DNA of 64,000 bases from positions 8 to 64,007 of the IMG/VR virus record IMGVR_UViG_3300007508_000607; one strand, 5' to 3'. This document shows positions 30,184 through 38,554 of the stretch, in pieces (the first letter of the stretch is position 1; every line of letters begins with the position of its first letter). A program made the translations under genes and the position numbers. The notes below the pieces were generated by a model that had not been told where the DNA came from, did no database searches, and saw only the letters and a program-made list of their open reading frames with translations. The DNA is from a virus. Taxonomy: Duplodnaviria > Caudoviricetes.

Positions 30184-31662
30184 TTATTTTGATTTTTCTG
30201 TATTGTCACATAAGAAGTTACAGAAAACTCCGCACCTTAGCCTACCGTCTGGAAAAATATCAGCACTCCCTTTTTGCTTCTCAGACCAGGTATGAAAAAG
30301 ATGAGGCTTATCTAGTGGGCATCTTATATGATTTATTTTATAAACTGCACGTCTCAAGTTCTGTGGCTTGTTTTGTAATTTACCTATAACAAGTTTTTGC
30401 TCAAGATACTCTCTGACTTTAGTTACAGATCCCTCTACGTTATCAGTAGTCTTTTTTATTATGGACTCAATTTGTGAGTTTGATAACTTAATTTTTATTT
30501 TATCTGGAGAAGACTTAGACAACAGTTTATTAACCTTTTCTCTTAGAATGTCCACAGGTTTCATTGATATATCTGGACGTCCGCATCCCATCCTATCCGC
30601 CACACGTAAATCAAGTAAATTGTGTATATTATTCTCTCCGACTTTAGCAATCAACTTCTTTACTGATGCTTCTGATTTTCTAAAAGATGCATCAAATAGA
30701 TGATTCCTTATTAGAAGAGTGACTGTCTCTATAATAGAACTAGGATACCCCCACTGTGTTAGTATTTTCTCAGCTACGAAAGCTCCAACATTTTCGTGGT
30801 TATAAAAATGCATCCCAGTATTAGTATACACCTCAGTAGCAGGCTTACCTATATCATGCAACAGTGCGGATGTTCTTAGTAGTAGGGTATTTGAATGGTT
30901 CAATGGCACAGAGTCAAGCGCATACATAATATGCTGGTATAAGTCTAAGTTCTTTCTTTTATTACTTTGCTCTATACCTACACAAGACTTTAATTCAGTA
31001 AACAGCTCTTCGTCTAGTTTAGATTTGACCATCAGTGCAAAAAATCTGCTTGGCGTTTCGCACCTAGTAAGAACCTTTTTAAACTCGTTAAATATTTGTT
31101 TAGAAGGTGCTCCAGCTATCTTTAACTTATTATCTTGCACAGCCTTTAACGATGTGTCATCTATTTTCCAAGATTTTCCTAATATGCTACATAGAGATAT
31201 AGCTCTCAGTAATCTAACCTTAGATTCAAGTATTCTCTGGTAAGGGTCACCGACAAACTTTATAGTCTTATTATTCAAATCTTTAATCCCGTCGTAAAAA
31301 TCAAACCACTCATCTTTTAAAGGGTTGAAATAAAGGGCATTCACTGTAAAGTCTTTAGATGCCGCATCATCCTCCAAATTATCTGTAAAAGAATAATTGT
31401 AGTAAGTATTTTGTAACTTAACTTTTTTTAACGGGTACAAACAATACTCTCTATCTTTGTACTTTATAGTTACAGATGTATCATACTGGTTTATTCTTAG
31501 TATCTTCGGGGTTAGTGCAGCACGGAGTTCTTTTAAGTTAGCTCTTATAGCAACATCAAATCCGCTTGGCTCCACACCTAGATATATGTCTCTGGCGGTT
31601 CCGCCGCAAAGCCAAGCATCGAACCCGTAAGAATTGAGCATCTTTATAATTTGAGTTCCCAT
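30184..31662 (-). CDS. cca: CCA-adding enzyme / poly(A) polymerase family protein with HD domain (NTase motifs degenerate)
   Basis: GGTARD, DFTVNA, RLLRA; HD domain LLHDIGKP, HENVGA, VADR. Confidence 0.85.
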   Translation of the reverse strand: MGTQIIKMLNSYGFDAWLCGGTARDIYLGVEPSGFDVAIRANLKELRAALTPKILRINQYDTSVTIKYKDREYCLYPLKKVKLQNTYYNYSFTDNLEDDAASKDFTVNALYFNPLKDEWFDFYDGIKDLNNKTIKFVGDPYQRILESKVRLLRAISLCSILGKSWKIDDTSLKAVQDNKLKIAGAPSKQIFNEFKKVLTRCETPSRFFALMVKSKLDEELFTELKSCVGIEQSNKRKNLDLYQHIMYALDSVPLNHSNTLLLRTSALLHDIGKPATEVYTNTGMHFYNHENVGAFVAEKILTQWGYPSSIIETVTLLIRNHLFDASFRKSEASVKKLIAKVGENNIHNLLDLRVADRMGCGRPDISMKPVDILREKVNKLLSKSSPDKIKIKLSNSQIESIIKKTTDNVEGSVTKVREYLEQKLVIGKLQNKPQNLRRAVYKINHIRCPLDKPHLFHTWSEKQKGSADIFPDGRLRCGVFCNFLCDNTEKSK

Positions 31663-32024
31663 TAGTCTTCTCTCACCATCCCGTCTACACCAAATTCTAC
31701 TTCACACCAATCAGACACCATACTTATGTTATAAGCTCTTGACCTTATAACATGGTTTTCACAAACAGTAGTAGCGTGACATTTAGGCCACTCTTCTTTT
31801 ATTTGGTTACGTATAGATTCATCATAGCACTCTTTTCTACTCTTGTTTATTTTTTTTAATTTCATTTTAGTTACTCCGCAATTCCCATGTTTTTTTATTC
31901 TTGTGAATGACATAAAATATTTACAGTTACCGCACGTCTTCACAATCCTAAAATTGGGTCTGTTTTTTAAATCGTCGTTATTTTGAGGTGTCCCTAAATC
32001 ACTGAAGTCATATTTATTACTCAT
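31662..32024 (-). CDS. Cys-rich hypothetical protein
   Basis: CGNC...C...VCENH probable Zn-binding pattern. Confidence 0.6.
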   Translation of the reverse strand: MSNKYDFSDLGTPQNNDDLKNRPNFRIVKTCGNCKYFMSFTRIKKHGNCGVTKMKLKKINKSRKECYDESIRNQIKEEWPKCHATTVCENHVIRSRAYNISMVSDWCEVEFGVDGMVRED

Positions 32025-32028
32025 AATA

Positions 32029-32550
32029 TTATATAGTCTTTCCTTGTAAATGATCATACTCATGTTGAATAATAGTAGGTAGGTAGGTAAGGTTTCCGTA
32101 CATCTTCATACTACGCCGCTGCTCTGCATCTTCTAGAGTATAGTATGATATTTCAACGTTTTTTCTTCTAATAACCTTTTTAGGTTTTTGACCAGGGTAG
32201 CTGAGACAGCCCTCTTCTGACTTGTACTTTTTACCCGTCCCATTCACAGTCGGGTTAATAAATTCCTTCCACTTCCAGCCGTTTCCGGTGTCATCGAGTA
32301 CTCTAACTACAAACACTGATAAAGGTGGGGACTTCTTATCCCAAATTTGATTAGATGCCAGACCCAAACATTTGTCAGATACAGACTCTGCGGTATCCTT
32401 CAAATCATTTACGATATCAATCGTGTCTTGGTCCCATACTTTAGAGTCATTGCCAGTAACTGGCATCACCAAACTTCCGTTTGTAGTTTTACAGTCTGTA
32501 CTTTGTTGTTTTAATTTTAAATTATCAAATGTATTTATCTTTTTAATCAT
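32029..32550 (-). CDS. def: Peptide deformylase
   Basis: GLASNQ, EGCLS, QHEYDH motifs all present. Confidence 0.93.
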   Translation of the reverse strand: MIKKINTFDNLKLKQQSTDCKTTNGSLVMPVTGNDSKVWDQDTIDIVNDLKDTAESVSDKCLGLASNQIWDKKSPPLSVFVVRVLDDTGNGWKWKEFINPTVNGTGKKYKSEEGCLSYPGQKPKKVIRRKNVEISYYTLEDAEQRRSMKMYGNLTYLPTIIQHEYDHLQGKTI

Positions 32551-32740
32551 CAGAACTAAACTCCCTCATAACTTCGGAGTTATAGTTTGTAATTTCAGAT
32601 AACATACTTTGTGATTTAGGTAGAACCTCTATTGTACCTGATATAGACACATAGTATTGCCTGTCTCCTATCTTTTCTAACTTATTTTTTACTTCTGTAT
32701 TTTTGCTGTCATCATGCGACAAAGATTTTATTTCTTTCAT
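32543..32740 (-). CDS. Hypothetical protein (65 aa)
   Basis: AAAGGA RBS; overlaps def start. Confidence 0.5.
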   Translation of the reverse strand: MKEIKSLSHDDSKNTEVKNKLEKIGDRQYYVSISGTIEVLPKSQSMLSEITNYNSEVMREFSSDD

Positions 32741-32755
32741 GTTTAGTTTCCTTTG

Positions 32756-34138
32756 TTATAACTTCTTAAAAATTTTATTTCTATGGTATCCCTGATACTT
32801 TAATATATCAATTTTTTGATCAATAAAGTCAATTATTTTTGCTTTTTTCTTTCCTTTAGACATCCTCATCAGTCTTCCGGCAGCTTGTCTAAGTTTGACT
32901 TCCGACTTTATAGGTGCACAAAGATATAATATTTCCAGTTGTGGAATATCTATTCCAGTCGAGAACAAACCATAAGTAGAGACAACAATTTTTTTCTCTC
33001 CAGCGTACAGTTCACCCATCACTTCTCCTCTCTTTTTCTTAGTCATTTTTGATGTTAACATCACGCTCTTATCCCCTAATGCGTGATTCAGGTATTCTAC
33101 TTGTGATATTCTAGTACAAAGTAGAATACTGTACTTATCTTTATTTTCGTCACTTATTACGTAGTCTAAGATGAAGTCGTTTCTATCATCATCCTGCGAT
33201 AGATCAGTAATCATCTCTTGATACTCCTGTGTAGAAAACATTTGAAATTCATACTGAGTTTTTACCTGCTCTACCTCAGGTGTAATTAAGAAATTCTCTA
33301 GAGCAGACTTAGGTACTTTATGTATTATAGGTCCGGCTGCAAAGTGTATCACTTTAGTTAGGCCGTCGTCCCTTCTAGGTGTCGCTGTAAAACCGAATTT
33401 ATACTTTGCACTAATATTATTCATGGTTCTAAACCAAGTTTCAGCGCCAACGATGTGAATTTCATCTCCAATAACTTGTCCAAATCTTTCGTTTACTATT
33501 TCAAATTTATCTTTTTTTAACTTAGACATAGTTTGGTGTAACCCTATAGTTATAGGTTTTACTTCGAACCTACCATCACCTATAAATCCTATATCATCTT
33601 CATTCAGATTAGAAAATTTTACAAACGATTTTATAGTTTGATTCGCTAACTCAAGCGTATGCACGAGAATCAATGTAGGTTCCTTTCTTCTCAAGGTTAA
33701 ATTAACAAAACATATTGTTTTACCTGACCCAGTCATCGCTTCTACTATTCCTATACTCTTACTCATACAGGATGTCACTATATCTTCCTGGTACCCCCTT
33801 AACTTGCCTTTAAACTTAAAGTTAGAAAAGTAGTCCGTTTTAGGGTTACTTAGTCTCTTGTCATGAATATCAGATCCATCTACTTTTATCTCGTGCGAGC
33901 GGGCTATTTTAAGAATTTCTCCTAAAGCTCCTACGGGCGCTATTAATAAGTTATCGTTATCATTACCTGTTTCATAGTACTTTAGTGATGAGGGAATCCC
34001 CCAGTTTTGTAACCCTAAGTCCAACCTCTTGTGAAAAAGAGGATTACTTATAGTTAAAAGTTTTTTTATATCGTCTTGAACCTCTTTTGGAAATCCAAGA
34101 ATAGAAACTTTGTTTTTTATTACAATTAGTATCTCCAT
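32756..34138 (-). CDS. Superfamily 2 (DExH) helicase
   Basis: LRGYQ, TGSGKT, DEIH, TATP, GIDIP, QAAGR; GGAGGA RBS before ATG 34138. Confidence 0.92.
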   Translation of the reverse strand: MEILIVIKNKVSILGFPKEVQDDIKKLLTISNPLFHKRLDLGLQNWGIPSSLKYYETGNDNDNLLIAPVGALGEILKIARSHEIKVDGSDIHDKRLSNPKTDYFSNFKFKGKLRGYQEDIVTSCMSKSIGIVEAMTGSGKTICFVNLTLRRKEPTLILVHTLELANQTIKSFVKFSNLNEDDIGFIGDGRFEVKPITIGLHQTMSKLKKDKFEIVNERFGQVIGDEIHIVGAETWFRTMNNISAKYKFGFTATPRRDDGLTKVIHFAAGPIIHKVPKSALENFLITPEVEQVKTQYEFQMFSTQEYQEMITDLSQDDDRNDFILDYVISDENKDKYSILLCTRISQVEYLNHALGDKSVMLTSKMTKKKRGEVMGELYAGEKKIVVSTYGLFSTGIDIPQLEILYLCAPIKSEVKLRQAAGRLMRMSKGKKKAKIIDFIDQKIDILKYQGYHRNKIFKKL

Positions 34139-34168
34139 AATCCTCCATTTTATTTTTATTTTAAAATA

Positions 34169-34203
34169 ATAGTAGGAGGCATTAGACAATCACACCTCCC
34201 TAT
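34169..34203 (-). terminator. Terminator/attenuator-like hairpin ahead of the helicase gene
   Basis: On - strand GGAGGTGT...ATGCCTCC stem followed by TATTATTTT. Confidence 0.5.
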
Positions 34204-34204
34204 T

Positions 34205-34398
34205 TAATTTAGGCTCTTACGCCATATTTCTTATGATAGCCCTATTCAACTATCCTCATGTGTACCCTTCTTATGCGTAGTCTAAACACAATTCACCACA
34301 CAGTCACAGCAAATACCTCCGTCGTGATGAGGTCCTAGGCACCTGACACTCTGCTGGTTGAGTCAGGCAAAAGTGAATTTTACGGCTCACCTTACCAT
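34205..34398 (-). ncRNA. Candidate structured non-coding RNA / leader
   Basis: GC-elevated intergenic stretch between a promoter-like motif and a hairpin; nested stems GCCGTA/TATGGC, AATTCAC/GTGAATT, GCCTGAC/GTCAGGT, ACCTC/GAGGT, GATAGTT/GGCTATC. Confidence 0.45.
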
Positions 34399-34400
34399 TG

Positions 34401-34411
34401 TTCTTATACCA
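34401..34411 (-). promoter_or_regulatory. Putative phage early promoter TGGTATAAGAA (copy 2)
   Basis: Identical to 18218-18228; sits at the head of the - strand block. Confidence 0.5.
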
Positions 34412-34430
34412 AATTTTGAGTAAATATACA

Positions 34431-34459
34431 TTGATTTGACGGTGTACAATGTTTATATT
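34431..34459 (+). promoter_or_regulatory. Possible sigma70-type promoter for the tail operon
   Basis: TTGATT-17 nt-TATATT in the divergent intergenic region. Confidence 0.35.
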
Positions 34460-34515
34460 TTAAGTATAAAGAAGTTAATTAATAAAACATGATAAAATAA
34501 ATCAGATAAAAATAT

Positions 34516-34947
34516 ATGAATTTTTTAGAACAGGTATTTGAAAATGGCTACGCTACAAAAGAGGTAGAATTAGCTAATGGGAAGATAAAAGTTAGTTTGC
34601 AGAATTTATCTGCTAAAGACCAGTTAATAATAGAAGACAGTATGAGCGATGTTACAGGATCTTCTGCTTTTGTGCTGCATACTTACAGTCTAATGCTGTT
34701 ATCTTTTACAGTAAAGAAATATAATAAGCATTCATTTAAGTCTACAGACGAAGCAAAAGACTTTCTTGAAAATCAACCAAGTTTTGTATTAGATAAACTT
34801 ACTAAAGAGCACTCGGAATTTGAAAAGGAACTTGGTGAAGCTATAACTGGAGAGGAGATCGAAAAAACTTTTTTCGAAACAAGCTCAATGCCAAACGACT
34901 TAGAGCAAAAGTCAGGGGAATTGAGCTCGGGGAAAGAGGAAGCTTAA
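34516..34947 (+). CDS. Tail assembly chaperone (gpG-like)
   Basis: Position before the tape measure gene; slippery site near its 3' end. Confidence 0.75.
   Translation: MNFLEQVFENGYATKEVELANGKIKVSLQNLSAKDQLIIEDSMSDVTGSSAFVLHTYSLMLLSFTVKKYNKHSFKSTDEAKDFLENQPSFVLDKLTKEHSEFEKELGEAITGEEIEKTFFETSSMPNDLEQKSGELSSGKEEA
34869..34928 (+). other. Programmed -1 frameshift signal
   Basis: In-frame T TTT TTC heptamer (34869-34875), then AGCTCAAT/ATTGAGCT stem starting 6 nt downstream; -1 frame open to 35288. Confidence 0.75.
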
Positions 34948-35288
34948 AAGAACTTATTCTTTTAAGTGGCCTAGACCGCGACATGCAGGGTGAATATCTA
35001 AAAACAGCGATAATTGCTAAAGCTGCTACCCTTGACACTGGATCTTCGGATCAAGTACAAAAATTTAATGACTTACTAAAGAGATACTATGATAATGTAT
35101 TTTTTGTAGAAGATTCACATAAACAGGATGATGAAATTACAAAAGATAACATAGACGATAAGCTGAAAGGTTTCAGAGGACTTTTTAAAGGAAAATCTTT
35201 GGGAAATGTTTCTAAGAAGGGAACGGACGTAAAGGACGAAGATTTTAGTAATATTAATATAAAAGATATGGGCAATTATACGGAATAG
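34875..35288 (+). CDS. Frameshift extension of tail chaperone (gpGT-like)
   Basis: -1 frame has no stop from the heptamer through the 34983-35288 ORF. Confidence 0.7.
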   Translation, partial: RNKLNAKRLRAKVRGIELGERGSLKELILLSGLDRDMQGEYLKTAIIAKAATLDTGSSDQVQKFNDLLKRYYDNVFFVEDSHKQDDEITKDNIDDKLKGFRGLFKGKSLGNVSKKGTDVKDEDFSNINIKDMGNYTE

Positions 35289-35293
35289 TAGTT

Positions 35294-38200
35294 ATGGCGG
35301 AAAAAGTATTAAAGTATAAAATTGAGCTAGATAGCTCTGACTTAGCGGGTCAACTGGACAGTATAAGAGAAAGAGTCTCTCAGGCTGTAAACTCCCAGTC
35401 TGGAGGGGCTTCTACCTTTTCTTCTTTAGGAGGAGGGGCCGCAACTCCATCAGGATTCGCAGTTACAGCGCCATCATTTGCTGTACCAGAAGTTCTCCAG
35501 TCAACGTCGCAGTTTCAAAACACTTTTGCTAATACAGTAAATAACTCTTTAAATGAAGTAAAGGACTTTGCGTCTAGAATTTCTGATGTAGCACAAGTCG
35601 GGTTTCAACGAATGTCCGGAAGTATGGCGACAAATGCTGGAGACTTCTCACTATCAACTCGAGAGCAGAATATCTCTAACTCATCTTTCCTAGGACAAGC
35701 TATGGGAGGACTAGGGGCAGGGTACGACCCTAACTCCTCTGTAGGTTACAATGAGTATAGGTCAGCGAATGCAGACCAGTTTGCTCGATCTGTAACAAAT
35801 TTTGGTATGGATAACTTCAGTAAATTTAGTGGAGCCCTTGGAGGCTTAATGTTGGGCGGTCCTGCGGGTGCTGTTATTGGAGGGCTTGCGGGGTGAGGAC
35901 AAGATTTAGCTAAACAAGCAGTAATGTCCCCAGCTAGACAGGCAGAGAGCCTAGCAGGAGGTCTGCAATCATTGGCATCTAGTTCATTTGGAAATATGAG
36001 CATGGATGATGCTATAGGAATGGCAAATGGAATTTTAAGTAGGCCGAATGGAGTAACTGATAGGCTTCAGGGTATAGATAGTCAAGTAGCCCAAACAGCT
36101 ATCATGGATTTTGGAGCTGCTGGTGGATTCAAAGGGGTCAGCAATGCAGAAGAATTTAGAAAAGAAGCAGATGATGTTGTTAGTAACTTAAGATTATTTC
36201 AGAATGCTTTTAATACTACTATGCAAGAGGCCACACAGATAATGGCATCTATAAAACAATCTGGAGTTCAGGGAACTGACGGTATAGGGGCTTGAGGAGC
36301 GCAGTTTGCAGGAACAGCAAGCTCTATGGGCCAGTCTCCCACCCAATTTTTAAATACCGTAACCCATGCTGGGAATGAGATGCAAGCTATGGGTCTTTTA
36401 GGAGCACAAAATTTAGTAAACCCAGCACAATCTTTCCAGTCTGGGTTAGAAAGTATTCTTAGATCTGGGGCACAATATGAAGGTTTTGCAGGACAAATCA
36501 ATAAAGGTATGAGTATGGGTGACAGAGCAAGTATGGTATCTAGCAGTCAAAATGCGGCTATGATGCAAGGTCCAGGCTCTTTAGGTTTTTGGCAAGCAGC
36601 TGAGTTTGGGACGTCGGGTAATGTTTCAATTATGCCTAGAGATGTACTAAATAGCGCTAGCTCGTTAATGCAAAATCCTATGAATGTGTTGTCTTCTATG
36701 GCAACTCAAGGTATGAACGTTCAAGCCATGGGACCGCAAAATAGGGCGGATGCTGCTTTATCTGACGTAATAGGATTTTTTGAAAGTACTAATAGAAGTT
36801 TTACTCCACAAGCATTCTTAGGTGCTACAATGCTTATGAAAGGTGTTGATGCAAGAACAGGAATGGGTATGATGATGGATGCAGCCTTTGGAGCAGAGAA
36901 CCAAAATTTACAAACAGTGGCTGGAGCATATAATGCTTACCAAGACTTAAATAGTTCGTCTAGATCCGGACCAGTGACTCGTGGAATAGCCACAGCTTAC
37001 GAAGGTATTAGCACAGCAGTGGACAGGGTTTTTGCCCCATTAGGGGCATTAGGAAGATCCATGGTGGGCGGTGGACGAGATTTTACAGAAGGTTTAGCAG
37101 ACTGGTGGGGGAATAAAACCACGACCAAATTTACTGGTAGGTATACCGAGAAGCAGTTAAAACAAGGTATAGACATACTAACAGCATCAGACCCTGTATC
37201 GGAAGCTATCAGGGGTTCTGAAGGATACCAGGATGCTAAGGAAGATTATATAGGGTCTATTCTAGGTGAAGCGGTTTACCGCGAAGGGGAGTCTGAAGTC
37301 TATGCAACCCAAGACAAATCTGGGAGGGCCGCTCTTTCAGACTGGGTGGTTAAAAATGAAACTGTTAAAAGTAAGATAGGAGTAAAAGAGTTAAAAAAAG
37401 GCCTCAACTACTCACAAATACTACAAGATACTAGGGATGCTAAGTCAGATGAAGAAGTCCCAGATTTCGCTACAAGAGGGATAGTTGCAAGCAAAACAAG
37501 GCAAAGTAGGAAAGAGTTTGGACAAAGTATGGCAGGTATGGATGCTGCTGTAAGAAAGTATGTAGAAGATAATAACTTACTAGCAGATCCAAGTAATAAA
37601 GGCAAAGTAACTTTTGGGAATGCAGAAGATTATTTATCAGAAGAAGGTAAAAAACAGATTGGAGATATACGATTAGGTGTTTTTTCTGGTTTGGGTGGTG
37701 AAAACAGTTCCATTCTACCAAATTCATCTGAAACAATAGGGTATAATATAGGGTCTGAACAACTAGAAAAAAATGTAGATATTTACTATAATAATAGGAA
37801 TAAGGGAGAGAATATAATTAAGTCAGTAGGAGCGTCTGTTGCTGTAACCAAAAAGCAAATTTCGGGCGGTGACATAGAGAATGCTCTAGAAAAAATGGGA
37901 GAAGAGGGGCTTATATCTAATGTAAGAGATATCCTAGGATTCATGGGTGGTTGGGGTGATATCGACACTGCAGAAGAGTACTCTAAATTTACGAAAATGT
38001 TAATCAACAAAGGAGTCGATATAAACGAACTTTCTGTTAATGTGTCAGCAGTAGGAAGTAAGCAGAGTTCAGAAGCCATGGCAAATATAGCAGAACAAAT
38101 TACAAACAATAAAGAAGGTATAGATAGTTATAAAGCTGGCCTTGCTGCTGAAGATTTACAAAAAGCTAGAAGAATGTACACGGCAGCTTTTGACGGGAAA

Positions 38201-38551
38201 AAGTTAAGTGCTGAAGAAGAGAGAGCTGTAAATCAGATGGCCAACCAGCTTGTCGCTGAGGGCGGTGAAATTGTAAGTTATGATGGTGGTGTGCCCAATA
38301 TGGGTAATAACGTTAAAGTAGACATCATGAAGCAGATAAACGATAAAATGGAGGATAACTTATCTAAAGAAAGTTCTGTATTTGGTGGAAAAGACTGGCA
38401 AGAAAACTTAAGACAATTTGTAAAAAAAGGTGAAGTAAGTGCCATGCAAGCGGCTAAACTTCAAGCGTCCCACAGAACACGGGACGCACTAGAAAAGTTT
38501 AAATTTACAGACGAAGAGGGCTACCTAAAGGTGGTCAACTATCCAAGATAA
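35294..38551 (+). CDS. Tape measure protein (1085 aa, TGA=Trp at 35894 and 36293)
   Basis: Three same-frame fragments; Gly/Ala/Met-rich; follows G/GT chaperones. Confidence 0.85.
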
Positions 38552-38554
38552 TAA

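Noticed and set aside
34330-34350. SRP RNA (GTCAGGT resembles the domain IV motif)
   Set aside because: Lacks the GNRA loop and GGAAGCAGC partner strand
34350-34372. Suppressor tRNA(UCA): hairpin CTG-ACTCAAC-CAG has TCA centred in a 7-nt loop
   Set aside because: No U33, no T-arm GTTC, no acceptor stem; not a cloverleaf
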